A stretch of DNA of 64,000 nucleotides, taken from the NCBI GenBank assembly GCA_937974275.1, contig CALJIF010000039.1, positions 28,897 through 92,896 on the forward strand, in the 5' to 3' direction. The position numbers and the translations under genes were made by a program. A model generated the notes under the pieces. The model saw only the letters and a program-made list of their open reading frames with translations, did not search any database and had not been told where the DNA came from. This stretch comes from an uncultured Flavobacteriales bacterium. GTDB lineage: Bacteria > Bacteroidota > Bacteroidia > Palsa-965. This document shows positions 1 to 12,101 of the stretch, piece by piece. Each line of letters opens with the position of its first letter. The first letter of the stretch is position 1.

Positions 1-1762
<1,762 letters not shown>

Positions 1763-1801
1763 TGCTGCAAAGATATTATTGAATACGAGTTAAAACGAAG
1801 A

Positions 1802-4800
1802 TTATCGCATGAGGTACATCTTTCCCCATCCTTGAATTATGTATGAATCAGCGCCGCTTTCGCGCTGTTCAATGGCATTCCCATTTAATCGGGTAATGAC
1901 CCGATACAAATACACCCCATTTGCCAAACGATCGCCGAACTGATCCGTGCCGTCCCATGCATAAGTGGTGATGTTTCTGCCGATGCGAATGTCTCCCAAT
2001 TCTTCTCGACTGATTTCCCGAACTACTTTTCCGCTAATAGTCATAATTTGAATAGTAAACACTTGAGGAACTTCACTTCCTGTTAGTGTAAATACAAACT
2101 GCGTTGACGTGGTAAACGGATTCGGATAATTAATGACGTTGGTGATAGTTGCTTTATTAATTACTTCAAACGTGATGCGGTAATCAACCAATCCTGAGTT
2201 GTTGGATGATCGGTCTTTAGCTTGTACTAAAAGCTCATACACGCCGTCTGTTTGTAATGTTGGCGTGTATAGAATTTTGCAGCTATTATTCGGTAATACA
2301 GCAGGAGTGAATTGTAGTTCGCTATTCCATGGCAATAACTCCAAATTGGACTGGTTGGGTCTGCGAATAAACACACGGAAGTCAGCAGTGTCGTTTAACG
2401 CTAAAAATTGATTTTCATCTTTTAGCGTAATAAGAATTTGAGGACGTGCGGACACGATGTCGCCATTCATGATGTGCATTCCATCAAACGTAACATCGAG
2501 TAATGGATTAATGCGATCCGTGCCGACATAAAACGGCATCATGGCAATATTATTGAAATGATGTCGTTCCGGCTGACTATTCACATTACCAACAGGATTT
2601 ACTTCCATCCACAATTCGTTCAATCCGGGATAGCCTTCCGTGGAGAAATTTAAGGTTGCGGTAAAATACGTGAAGCCCGCAAATGGAGGAGCAGTTAGCT
2701 GTTGAGGCAGGTTGTGAATGTTGCCGTTACGATCTTTAATCCAATACGTGATGAGCAAGCTGTCTGAAAATGCCCATTCAGTAACGTTTCTTACCGCCAT
2801 TCGCAGTTTGATGCTGTCGCCTTCCTGGATAGTGTCGTTATATAAACTAAACTCCAATGGAGGATCTAGTGCCGCGTCGGGTACCGGAGTATACAGCACA
2901 TGCCAACGCTGCAATTGAGCAGGCGTACGATTCGTGTCGTCAATAGTTCTCAATATTAATTGTAATCGCGGATATGAATTAACATTCACAAGATTTCCCA
3001 AATTCAAAATATCTGTGCTGTCTTCGGGTAAACGTTGAATCATGCTCTTGTTTCCGTTATTATCGATGCCCCAGATTTCAAGTGCAACTGAATCATTGCT
3101 TGGCGTTTCATCATCCGCTTGTTTCCAGTGTAACGAGCCCCAGGCACTTGCAGGTCCAATAATTTCTGATGCAATATATCCTTCCCGCCAATTGGTTACA
3201 ATTGTATCCTGAAACGTAATTACAGATTGAATATTTTGACCGATAACTTCATCTGCAGTTCCAACGGCATCTCCTTTACGTCCCCAAATAATAAATGCTG
3301 TGGTATCGGAGATATTGCCCGTGCCCACCATACCGCTTCCAATAGACTGCAAAGCATTACGCAGTCCCGTGTTATACTGACTTGCCGAGTGCAACCACTG
3401 ACTGTATACTAAAACGTAATGTCCTGTTGGAATTTGGTTAATGAACGCTTCTATTGAGGCTCGCCAACTGGAATCATTATCAAAATAATCAAATGCCTGT
3501 AATGGTTGATTTGCCACACAGGCGTAGTTTCCATACACAGGATGCACGCCGGGCGAACTAACATTAAAACTCCAAGGATTCCCGCTAACAGGATCTATTA
3601 CTGCAATAGAAACACCCGGAGGAGCGCAAGTAAAAATGTGTTGCGTAGCACCATTCATTTTGTACCAAACCTCATTCCAAGGCACGGTTGGCCCGTAAAT
3701 GCCATTCTTCACGCTAATGGTTTTAACGTCATTCACAAAATCAAAACGTCGTTGAGGTCGATTCAATTGGACATATTGGTACGCATCATTTTTAAATTGA
3801 AAGATGTGATCTTGTCCCCAACCGGTTTGTCCATTGATATATTGAAAGGATGATTCTCTCCAAACAAAAGCATCGTTCGGTGTAATCGAATCCGGACTCA
3901 CACGCCAGAAGTACACCGAGCTATCAGCAGTTAATAAAGTTGGTCGCCAGGTGACAACTCCACCGGGCGCGTTAATGACATACGTTTGTTTGAAGGGACT
4001 GTTAAATAAATCAGTTGTATCCAATTCAAAACGATACGTTCGTTGTGGTTCAAATACATTGATTGTAGAAGCTTTGAGTGTGACTGTATCGGTAGGAATT
4101 ACTGCGTATGGATACGGATAGATCGGCGCAATGGCACTTCCTTTAATTAATAAATCGACGTCAGGAATGGTGTAATTATTGGTTTCGTTTAATTCAGCAA
4201 CCTGTCCATAAAAGTCAACGTAAATATTAAAGCGATTTAATCCGATACCATTCTGCACATCAACAGGAACTATGAAAGAAACGGTGTCGCGATAATATGG
4301 GGCACGCACTTGTTGGAAGTAAGTTGCGGTATCACCATTGGGTAAACGACGTTGCACGCGTACCACAATGGTATCATTAATTGCTTTGCCCATATTGCTT
4401 ATTACACTGTTCACAATGATGGAATCAGGATAAGTTTCCTGGTCGAAAGAAACATCGGCGTTTGTAATTACATAATCCGGTTGTTTGAAAGAATTAATTT
4501 TCACGGCAGGGTCTCCGTGCAACGTCATTTCCAAGATCGTAGACTTCATGAACAAGCTGGAAGGATTGCTGTTTTGAGCCTCCAATGCTGCTCGTTTCAT
4601 GCATGTTCCAATACTGTTGCCGTATTCGGTTTGTCCAATAGCTTTATATAAACGGGAGGTATATGCATCCAGAAATCCTGCTACTCCTAAACCAACGGAT
4701 GCGATGTAACCAATCGTTCCTTTGTTTTCGATTAATGTGAAGGCTTCGCTGGAACTAATTCCGGTTGAGTGTAAATCTCCGGCGTAACAGGAGTTGGCAA

Positions 4801-6895
4801 TCAGTAAGGGATAACGATCAAAGTTGTTATATGTGGAAGGATCGTCTATACTTTGGTCAAAACCTGTTCCGGAAGCATGTCCGAAAAACGTCATGATAGA
4901 CACCCCGTCTTCAATTCTTCTACGCAAGGTGTCGGACGAATTAATTTGAATCGGATTGGAACTCGTCTTTAAATAAGTTTGCACAACTCCGCCAAACGAA
5001 GTGTCTTCTATGGTTGCTTCGTACGTCTGCAAATAATATTTGAACGTATTTTGTTCTGCCGTAAACGTTCCACCTCCGAAGTGTAACACATGTTTCATCC
5101 ATTCCGCAGGCGCATTGTTTTCGTATTCAATTACTTTATCCAAATACCATCGCGCTTCGATACTATCTTTTGCCGCTAATCGTCCTGTCGCGATAGCAGG
5201 TTCCCATGTTGTTCCATTCAAGCCTGCCGTAAATCCAACGTCCGTGGAAGGATAACCGTACGTGGGAACGAGACACATGGAGTAGTACGGTTGTGATCGC
5301 GATAAGTAAGTGTAATAGGATTTTCCGAAGAGGAATAAATGTCGCGGTGCTGACGGACTATTTTGAATTAAATAATCCGAAAAATTACGAATGCCGTTGG
5401 CGTGGTGATGAATACCAAAGGCAAATTGATCGTATAATTCTTCAACATTGGCCAGAATGACATGATGCGTTCCTCCTGCTATTGAAGCACGATAGTTTTG
5501 ATAATCCTGAGCAACATTCCACAATTTGCGATGCGTAACAATTACAAACGAAGAATCACCGAGGTTCGCGCCATAATTCGTAAACGCGCCGTTAGCACCT
5601 GCAGGAGTCAACGAAGTAATGTTTTGAATTCCCGATTCAATAAAAACAACAAACGGTTTATCGCTACCGTTGCCGTTAGGTACTAATGCCTGAAAACCTT
5701 GAGGTCCGAAGATGGTCGGAATGCGTCGATTGCCGTATCGATCATACACGTAAACAGCGCCTGCTCCGCCCATGTTAACCATGTTGAGAAGAGAAGAACC
5801 TTGAAGTGTATTATCAGGAAGCCAACCTGCATAACGCGTTCTGCTGTCCATGTTCCAGGTATGCGGATAAGTAAGTTCCGCAAATGCAACTGCGGTACGT
5901 CCGGATGAAGCAGCCGAGGAATTGTTCAGGCTGGCAACTGCTACCTGCAATTGAGCTGCGTTTAAATCTGCTGCAGGGAAAAATTGATCATAGGTGTACA
6001 CTGCGTAACCATCGTATGTGGTGTCGTAAACAGTGCTGTTATATTGCACACGAATGGTGTTTTCGTTCGCTACCGCATAATCGTTGGAGTGCGAACCAAC
6101 GCGAACACGAAGACGCGCTGCAGGACCCGAAGCAAAAGCACTCGATGATATCAATGGTATGGTGGTACTTTGGCCAAAATAAAATTCGGGTCCATAAAAT
6201 CCTTCTGTCGGTATATATTGCGGATCCGTAATGCCCAAGCCGTCTGTAGCGCCTTGCATGTAAATACTTCCCGCGTATATTTCTTTACTCAGAAAATAAG
6301 TTGAAGGCGTGTAAGCACTGAATGTCGTGTCTTGGTAAAAGGAGTAACGTAAGTTGTTTATTGCATTATTCCATGTCAGAAAATAAATGGCCGTATCAGA
6401 AAATAAACTGTAGTAAGGATTGAGTTGCTGCGCAACGCCGCCATACAATCCTGCGTCTGCTTCACCGCGATTTCGTTCTCCGTAAAATTCAATAAAATCA
6501 CCGGTGTTAAATTGACCGTCGCTTTCACCTTCGATCCAAATGGGCTGTTCAACGCCTAAACGAAACAACTGAAAATTTCTTGGATCAATAGCACTGAGCG
6601 AACCGCCTGTTAATGCTACGCCATTGGCTAACGTCGTGGAATCTATACGGTAAACACCATCATTAACAACTTTAATTTTCAGGTAACGCTGATTGTAGTT
6701 GATCCATTCGTTTCCGAAAGGTTGAGCAAACAAACTTCCGCAAAACAGAAAACTCAATACTATCAAATAATAAGCGCGGTTACTATATCGTAACGCCTTA
6801 ATTTGTCTCGTTATAAACGGACTAATTCGCTTTTTTATTGATATCGAGTCGTAAAGAGAATACATTGGAGTATAGGGCCACCGATTGATCGCCAA
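1802..6895 (-). CDS. porU: Peptidase C25-like T9SS C-terminal signal peptidase/sortase (PorU-like), unusually long (about 1690 aa)
   Basis: Gingipain-like His/Cys dyad context (FFGHASGTGF ... LLIANSCYAGD). C-terminal T9SS CTD-like beta-sandwich (NYPNPF...FTIQIMTISGKVVREI...GVYLYRV). Sits immediately upstream of and overlapping porV, which is the conserved porU-porV arrangement. The true start is uncertain: the ORF's first codon is TTG and overlaps the porV 3' end, and the signal peptide region AYYLIVLSFLFCGSLFAQ lies after the porV stop. Confidence 0.6.
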   Translation of the reverse strand: MAINRWPYTPMYSLYDSISIKKRISPFITRQIKALRYSNRAYYLIVLSFLFCGSLFAQPFGNEWINYNQRYLKIKVVNDGVYRIDSTTLANGVALTGGSLSAIDPRNFQLFRLGVEQPIWIEGESDGQFNTGDFIEFYGERNRGEADAGLYGGVAQQLNPYYSLFSDTAIYFLTWNNAINNLRYSFYQDTTFSAYTPSTYFLSKEIYAGSIYMQGATDGLGITDPQYIPTEGFYGPEFYFGQSTTIPLISSSAFASGPAARLRVRVGSHSNDYAVANENTIRVQYNSTVYDTTYDGYAVYTYDQFFPAADLNAAQLQVAVASLNNSSAASSGRTAVAFAELTYPHTWNMDSRTRYAGWLPDNTLQGSSLLNMVNMGGAGAVYVYDRYGNRRIPTIFGPQGFQALVPNGNGSDKPFVVFIESGIQNITSLTPAGANGAFTNYGANLGDSSFVIVTHRKLWNVAQDYQNYRASIAGGTHHVILANVEELYDQFAFGIHHHANGIRNFSDYLIQNSPSAPRHLFLFGKSYYTYLSRSQPYYSMCLVPTYGYPSTDVGFTAGLNGTTWEPAIATGRLAAKDSIEARWYLDKVIEYENNAPAEWMKHVLHFGGGTFTAEQNTFKYYLQTYEATIEDTSFGGVVQTYLKTSSNPIQINSSDTLRRRIEDGVSIMTFFGHASGTGFDQSIDDPSTYNNFDRYPLLIANSCYAGDLHSTGISSSEAFTLIENKGTIGYIASVGLGVAGFLDAYTSRLYKAIGQTEYGNSIGTCMKRAALEAQNSNPSSLFMKSTILEMTLHGDPAVKINSFKQPDYVITNADVSFDQETYPDSIIVNSVISNMGKAINDTIVVRVQRRLPNGDTATYFQQVRAPYYRDTVSFIVPVDVQNGIGLNRFNIYVDFYGQVAELNETNNYTIPDVDLLIKGSAIAPIYPYPYAVIPTDTVTLKASTINVFEPQRTYRFELDTTDLFNSPFKQTYVINAPGGVVTWRPTLLTADSSVYFWRVSPDSITPNDAFVWRESSFQYINGQTGWGQDHIFQFKNDAYQYVQLNRPQRRFDFVNDVKTISVKNGIYGPTVPWNEVWYKMNGATQHIFTCAPPGVSIAVIDPVSGNPWSFNVSSPGVHPVYGNYACVANQPLQAFDYFDNDSSWRASIEAFINQIPTGHYVLVYSQWLHSASQYNTGLRNALQSIGSGMVGTGNISDTTAFIIWGRKGDAVGTADEVIGQNIQSVITFQDTIVTNWREGYIASEIIGPASAWGSLHWKQADDETPSNDSVALEIWGIDNNGNKSMIQRLPEDSTDILNLGNLVNVNSYPRLQLILRTIDDTNRTPAQLQRWHVLYTPVPDAALDPPLEFSLYNDTIQEGDSIKLRMAVRNVTEWAFSDSLLITYWIKDRNGNIHNLPQQLTAPPFAGFTYFTATLNFSTEGYPGLNELWMEVNPVGNVNSQPERHHFNNIAMMPFYVGTDRINPLLDVTFDGMHIMNGDIVSARPQILITLKDENQFLALNDTADFRVFIRRPNQSNLELLPWNSELQFTPAVLPNNSCKILYTPTLQTDGVYELLVQAKDRSSNNSGLVDYRITFEVINKATITNVINYPNPFTTSTQFVFTLTGSEVPQVFTIQIMTISGKVVREISREELGDIRIGRNITTYAWDGTDQFGDRLANGVYLYRVITRLNGNAIEQRESGADSYIIQGWGKMYLMR

Positions 6896-7907
6896 TATCG
6901 GTTAGCGCATAATCGATAGATAGCGATTTGAATTTTACGCCAATTCCGAAATTCGGCTGGAATGTAGTAACTGATTTTCCGAAAATATCTTGAGCCTTTT
7001 GAATGTTGGTAATACCGCCCCGCAAATACACCATTTCTTTAAAGCCGGCTTCAAATCCCAGCATCGGCTCCATGCTCCAAACTCCGGTTCTCAGCATTAC
7101 GTTTCTTTTTCCGTCGAAGGTATTCACCATGTCTAAAGAACCTTCCACCGAAAATAGTTGCTTACTGCCTAAAATGTACTTCTTGCTTGCACCTAAAATC
7201 ATTCTAGGTAAAGTCAATTCCAACGAATTGGAAGGAATTTCATTTCCGGTTGCGGCAAAAACATCAATCATGTCTTGAGACAAATTGAAACTCCATGCGT
7301 TAAACGTAGACGTAACATCTCTTACAACCGCTCCAAATCTCCAGCCTTTCACGTCATATTGCGCACCCGCATCAATTCCAAATCCCCACGCGCCCGCGAA
7401 GTCGCCCACTTTACGACGAATAATTTTCGCATTTACACCATAGTTCAATCCTTCAATCGGTGCTTTGCGCGCATAACTCAATACGAAAGCGTAATCCTGA
7501 GAAGAGAATGTAGTAATACGATCGTAATCGATATTGCCGCCGGCATCAATAAGTTGCGTGGTATTAGGAATGTCGTCAACCGCAAAACGAATGACGCTGA
7601 AACCAAAAGAACTGCTGCTATCGATAACACCGCCAATGCCCAGATAATCGTACTTGGCAATTGACGCGAAATATTCAGAATGCATCAAGCCAACTTGCAT
7701 GTTATTGCGAATGCCCATTAAACCCGCGGGATTCCAATATCCGGAAGTCACATCACGAACGGAACCTACCTGAGCATTACCCATACCTAATGCACGCGCG
7801 CCAACTCCAATCGCAAGAAATTCATTGCTGTATTTTGGAGCCTGAGCATGCAGCGTCTGAAAGGTCAGCGTTGCAACAAGCGAATAAAATAGAATACGAA
7901 GTTTCAT
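6822..7907 (-). CDS. porV: Type IX secretion outer-membrane shuttle protein PorV (LptO), FadL-like beta-barrel
   Basis: Signal peptide followed by the PorV N-terminal signature NEFLAIGVGARALGMGNAQVGSVRDVTSGYWNPAGL. About 360-aa beta-barrel with C-terminal aromatic-rich strands. Adjacent to the porU candidate. Confidence 0.8.
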   Translation of the reverse strand: MKLRILFYSLVATLTFQTLHAQAPKYSNEFLAIGVGARALGMGNAQVGSVRDVTSGYWNPAGLMGIRNNMQVGLMHSEYFASIAKYDYLGIGGVIDSSSSFGFSVIRFAVDDIPNTTQLIDAGGNIDYDRITTFSSQDYAFVLSYARKAPIEGLNYGVNAKIIRRKVGDFAGAWGFGIDAGAQYDVKGWRFGAVVRDVTSTFNAWSFNLSQDMIDVFAATGNEIPSNSLELTLPRMILGASKKYILGSKQLFSVEGSLDMVNTFDGKRNVMLRTGVWSMEPMLGFEAGFKEMVYLRGGITNIQKAQDIFGKSVTTFQPNFGIGVKFKSLSIDYALTDIGDQSVALYSNVFSLRLDINKKAN

Positions 7908-7967
7908 GATAATGAGTTAAAGATAGAGCATTCAATTAACGCTTGCAACAACGAATTATTGAGGATT

Positions 7968-8903
7968 TTATTGCGTCAATGTGTCTAAATATTTAGCTGC
8001 ATAGATGGAATACAGTAGCGCTCCTTTCACGTTGTAGTGCGCCGGATCAGCGTATAGCCTGCGGTCCTGCATGTTACCGGAAGATACAGGGTTGCCGCAG
8101 CTAATTTGTAATTGATCGCACAATACCTGAAGTTCGGCAATTCGGGCTTCATATCCCGGAAGTTGTTTCGTGTACGAAGTGTGTACCGGAGCCAGTAATA
8201 CAATCAGCTGTGCCCCGTCTTTACGACACAATTCAGCCAGTTCTTGCAAAGCTGCTGTAAAATGTTCGGGTAAGCGTTTGGGATAAATATACGGTCGTAA
8301 CGAGAAGAAATTGCTATCGCTCATTACTGCTTCGCACGGACTATATCCATCTTTATACTGATAATCGTACTTGCTCTTTTTGCCCGTAAATCCTCTAATC
8401 GCCGCATTTCTGTACTTATCGGAAAGATGCGACAGACTGTATGCGGCATTCCACTTGAACCCCCGAAACCTCGGATCGAGTTCGCTTAATCCCTCATACA
8501 ATTTCGCATTCGACAAATACGGAAAGTAGCGTGGATAATGATAAATACTATCCGGACGATCACCCAATGAATGAATATCTGCCAATAAAATAACTTGTTT
8601 TGGTGCGGGACTATTTTCCCGAAAGGCTTCATAACATCGCGTAACCAATGGCAGCGTGGCTCCCGTCATACCGATATTATAAACTCGTGCACCTAAAAAT
8701 TTTTCTAAAACAGGAGGATAGAGTTGACATTCAGCACGAGAACTCCCAACAATTAAAACATCCGTTTCATGTTTATAACTAAAGGCCGTATTCAGTTTAT
8801 CGAATTCTCCTCCTTCATTGGATCGTATTCCCATATAAATTAGCTCCCTTACACCATAAAGCAGTGCAATGCAAACGCCGATATATAGGAGCAAACGTTT
8901 CAT
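7968..8903 (-). CDS. SGNH/GDSL-like hydrolase-fold protein, acyl-transfer partner of the adjacent MBOAT (AlgJ/DltD/PatB-like role)
   Basis: N-terminal TM anchor. SGNH-like blocks (VLIVGSSRAE, DPAHY). Start codon overlaps the MBOAT stop (ATGA), which indicates translational coupling. Confidence 0.45.
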   Translation of the reverse strand: MKRLLLYIGVCIALLYGVRELIYMGIRSNEGGEFDKLNTAFSYKHETDVLIVGSSRAECQLYPPVLEKFLGARVYNIGMTGATLPLVTRCYEAFRENSPAPKQVILLADIHSLGDRPDSIYHYPRYFPYLSNAKLYEGLSELDPRFRGFKWNAAYSLSHLSDKYRNAAIRGFTGKKSKYDYQYKDGYSPCEAVMSDSNFFSLRPYIYPKRLPEHFTAALQELAELCRKDGAQLIVLLAPVHTSYTKQLPGYEARIAELQVLCDQLQISCGNPVSSGNMQDRRLYADPAHYNVKGALLYSIYAAKYLDTLTQ

Positions 8904-10306
8904 CAGAAATGGAAATAGATAAATTCTGTCGTATTAAAATTTCCTAACACGAAAATGAGTAATGTGATAACAATTTGAAGTGTTAATGCAACTGTTGGAT
9001 GAGTTAACGCGAGTTGTAAAATTTGTCGTTCTTCACAGTATTCATACACAACAAAGAGCACTACACCGAGAAGTGTTAGAAGCAATGGGAATAAATCGTT
9101 CAACGTTCGAAGCTCGATGTATAATGAAGACCAATTCCAATTTCCGGTAAATAGTTGCGAATAGTATTCCGATAAATTGGTGAAGTCTGAACTGCGAAAT
9201 GCAATTAAACTTAATGCGTGAAAAGTCAGCAGGTAGATCGACCCAAGAAAGGGTAATCTGATTTTATCACGTAACAGTATTTCAATAATAAACACGATAC
9301 CATGAAGCGCTCCCCAAATAGCAAAATTCCATCCTGCACCGTGCCATAATCCGCTGATTAAAAATGTCAGAAAAATATTTCTAAAATGTTTGAATTGCCC
9401 GCCTCTGTTGCCTCCCAAAGGAATGTACAAATAGTCGCGGAACCAGGATGTCATACTGATATGATTCCGTTGCCAGAATTCATGCAGCGATTTGGAGAAA
9501 AACGGTCGTCTCCAATTGATCACTAAATCTTTGCCTAACCACTTCGCCACTCCTGTTGCAATGTCCGTGTATCCTGAAAAATCACAGTACACTTGGATCA
9601 TGAATAGGAATGCGACAACGAATAATGTTCCTGCGGAGAAATTTTCCGGAGATGCAAAAACCGGGTTTACGAATTCAGCAAGACGATCGGCAACAACCAG
9701 TTTTTTGAAAAATCCCCACAACAGCGGCTGTATACCGGCAACAATATTTTCGCTTGTGATTCGGGGCCAATGTTGCAACTGAGTTCCCAACGTTTTGTAA
9801 CGTTCAATAGGTCCTGCAACCAATTGGGGAAAGAACGAAACAAATAATCCAAATTGTATAACATCACGCTCTGCGCGCATTCCACGATACACGTCAATCG
9901 TATAACCTAATGATTGAAATGTGTAAAACGATAACCCGGCCGGAATGATGAGTCCATCCCACACGTTCCACGTTGTATCTGAAATAACTCCCGATAGAAT
10001 TCCGAAGGTATTGTACACTAATGCCGAGTATTTAAATGCACACAATACACCTATATTGGTGATAATACTGACGAACAACCAAATTCGTTTCGTTTTTTGT
10101 TCTGTGCTTTGATCGATTCGAAGTGCGCTGTACCAATCAACCAGCGTTGTTGCTAGTAACAGCAATCCGTACCAGGGTGTGTGAACGGAATAAAAAAAGT
10201 AACTGGCCAACAACAATAGAATGCGCCTCCAGGCTGACGGCAGTATTTGGTAAAGCACCAATACTGCAGGCAGGAAATACACAAACTCCATGGAATTGAA
10301 GCGCAT
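8903..10306 (-). CDS. MBOAT family membrane-bound O-acyltransferase (AlgI/DltB/PatA-like)
   Basis: Multi-TM protein with the MBOAT signature region WRRPFFSKSLHEFWQRNHISMTSWFRDYLYIPLGGNRGG...LISGLWHGAGWNF (conserved His). Likely true start is the MEFVYFL Met a few codons in. Confidence 0.8.
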   Translation of the reverse strand: MRFNSMEFVYFLPAVLVLYQILPSAWRRILLLLASYFFYSVHTPWYGLLLLATTLVDWYSALRIDQSTEQKTKRIWLFVSIITNIGVLCAFKYSALVYNTFGILSGVISDTTWNVWDGLIIPAGLSFYTFQSLGYTIDVYRGMRAERDVIQFGLFVSFFPQLVAGPIERYKTLGTQLQHWPRITSENIVAGIQPLLWGFFKKLVVADRLAEFVNPVFASPENFSAGTLFVVAFLFMIQVYCDFSGYTDIATGVAKWLGKDLVINWRRPFFSKSLHEFWQRNHISMTSWFRDYLYIPLGGNRGGQFKHFRNIFLTFLISGLWHGAGWNFAIWGALHGIVFIIEILLRDKIRLPFLGSIYLLTFHALSLIAFRSSDFTNLSEYYSQLFTGNWNWSSLYIELRTLNDLFPLLLTLLGVVLFVVYEYCEERQILQLALTHPTVALTLQIVITLLIFVLGNFNTTEFIYFHF

Positions 10307-10346
10307 AGGGTAAAAATAGCCTTTTCAGGTCACTCCGCGCGGCTCC

Positions 10347-11126
10347 GTGATAATGCAGTATCTTTACCGCATGCGATTGTTTACCGTAGCTAACATTATT
10401 ACGCTGGGAAATTTGTTGTGTGGTACACTGGCCATCTTTTCCATTTTTGCGGGAAATATGATTATGGCGGCGTATTTGGTACTTCTTGCTGCTGTACTCG
10501 ATTTTTTTGATGGCTTTGCCGCACGAATTTTAAAGCAGCCTTCGGAAATCGGAAAGCAACTGGATTCGCTGGCCGATGTTATTTCTTTTGGTTTGGTGCC
10601 CGGAATCGCGATGTATCATTTAATTCTCCGATTTGAGATTAGTGCAGGTGTTCACGATTCTTTGCTGCCTTTTGTTGCGTTAATTATTCCGTTGTTTTCT
10701 GCGTTGCGATTGGCCAAGTTTAATGTGGATACGCGTCAATCCGATTCCTTCATTGGTGTACCGACACCTGCTAATGCCATGTTGCTGCTGAGTATTCCTT
10801 TGGTGATGGAGTTTTCTTTAGGTATTGGTTCCATGTCGGATCTTAATCACAAGGATTGGAAGATAGATCGTTTGGTGGAAGATGTGAGCATGCTGTCGTA
10901 TATGTTGGCCGGGCTTTGCGTGGTATTGTCAATTTTGTTAATTGCTGAATTGCCGTTGTTTGCGTTGAAGTTTAAGTCATTCGGTTGGAAAGGAAATGAA
11001 ATACGTTTTATCTTCTTAGGAATCTCATTGATAATGCTTGCTGTTCTTCAAGTAGCCGCGATTCCGATAATTATCATCGTGTATATCCTGATGTCATTTG
11101 TCAATAATTTAGTCGGTAAAAAATAA
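10347..11126 (+). CDS. pssA: CDP-diacylglycerol--serine O-phosphatidyltransferase (CDP-alcohol phosphatidyltransferase family)
   Basis: DFFDGFAAR...GKQLDSLADVISFGLVPG matches the CDP-alcohol phosphotransferase motif D-G-x2-A-R-x8-G-x3-D-x3-D. Multi-TM protein. Confidence 0.75.
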   Translation: MIMQYLYRMRLFTVANIITLGNLLCGTLAIFSIFAGNMIMAAYLVLLAAVLDFFDGFAARILKQPSEIGKQLDSLADVISFGLVPGIAMYHLILRFEISAGVHDSLLPFVALIIPLFSALRLAKFNVDTRQSDSFIGVPTPANAMLLLSIPLVMEFSLGIGSMSDLNHKDWKIDRLVEDVSMLSYMLAGLCVVLSILLIAELPLFALKFKSFGWKGNEIRFIFLGISLIMLAVLQVAAIPIIIIVYILMSFVNNLVGKK

Positions 11127-11176
11127 TTTTACTGCCCGCAAATGCTGTAAATTTGCAGCGTTATAATCCTGATGTT

Positions 11177-11428
11177 ATGAAGTTCAAAGCAGAAATTGAT
11201 GTAATGCCGCTGAAGGCACTTTTGGATCCGCAAGGCAAAGCCGTTACCGGTTCTATGAAAAATTTAGGCCTCGCTGAAATCGAAAACGTTCGCATCGGCA
11301 AACATATTTCGCTTGAAATTGAAGCGCCGAACGAAGAAATTGCGAAAACAAAAGTGGACGAAGCTTGTCGCAAATTGCTGGCGAATCAAATCATGGAATT
11401 TTACGAATTTAAGATTACAGCACTATAA
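11177..11428 (+). CDS. purS: Phosphoribosylformylglycinamidine synthase subunit PurS
   Basis: 83-aa product MKFKAEIDVMPLKALLDPQGKAVTGSMKNLGL...VRIGKHISLEIEAPNEEIAKTKVDEACRKLLANQIMEFYEF is a typical PurS sequence. The track ORF starts upstream at a TTG (11153); the ATG at 11177 is preferred. Confidence 0.85.
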   Translation: MKFKAEIDVMPLKALLDPQGKAVTGSMKNLGLAEIENVRIGKHISLEIEAPNEEIAKTKVDEACRKLLANQIMEFYEFKITAL

Positions 11429-11431
11429 CTC

Positions 11432-11458
11432 GTAAACCCCGATTCACGGGGTTTTTTA
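11432..11458 (+). terminator. Rho-independent terminator after purS
   Basis: AAACCCCGATTCACGGGGTTTTTTATTT: perfect 5-bp GC stem followed by a T-run. Confidence 0.7.
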
Positions 11459-11459
11459 T

Positions 11460-12101
11460 TTGATATCGCAGTATAATATGAAGTGGTACTCGGCTCCTGT
11501 TTCTTTGTTGGCATATTTACTGGTCGTGATATTCTTATTCTCCATGGCATGGCATTCCATTTCCGGAAATGAAATGGCTGCTTATTGGTATTATGTGCCT
11601 GCCGCTGCCGGTGGTTATTTGTTATGCGCATTTATTCTACAGTTGCTGAAATTCGATTGGGAACTGGAAGTGTTGATTCAAGTAGCATTAGTTTTAGGTC
11701 CTTTGTTGTGGTATTTAAATCAACGTGAGCCTTATCAACCACCGGTTTACGTGTTTATTGTAAAGTCGGATTATGAAGGCGAACTCCAAGTAAATTTCGC
11801 GGAGGAAAATGAATTAAAAACTCGAGTGCGTTCTGATGCGGATACATTGTATTTCGCGTTTGATGACAACGGCAAAATCCTCGTTCGTGAAGATTATAAC
11901 ATGGTACTGGATGCGTTGCACGATAGACTCTACACATTGAATCGCGGTGGTGTGAAAAAGAAAATTCTCACCGTGAAAGAGAATCAAACTCTTCCTTCAG
12001 ATACTGTCAATACCATGGCGCGTGTGGTGAAAACCAATACAGATAAAGGTCGTATCAAATCTATTGAGCTTAAAGTAGGCAAATCATCTACTTTAAAATG
12101 A
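11460..12101 (+). CDS. Hypothetical membrane-anchored protein
   Basis: 213-aa ORF with two N-terminal TM helices and a soluble C-terminal domain. No recognisable motif. Confidence 0.4.
   Translation: MISQYNMKWYSAPVSLLAYLLVVIFLFSMAWHSISGNEMAAYWYYVPAAAGGYLLCAFILQLLKFDWELEVLIQVALVLGPLLWYLNQREPYQPPVYVFIVKSDYEGELQVNFAEENELKTRVRSDADTLYFAFDDNGKILVREDYNMVLDALHDRLYTLNRGGVKKKILTVKENQTLPSDTVNTMARVVKTNTDKGRIKSIELKVGKSSTLK

Noticed and set aside
3506-6231. Several 60-115-aa plus-strand ORFs inside porU
   Set aside because: All antisense to the 5-kb PorU-like CDS. No independent signals.
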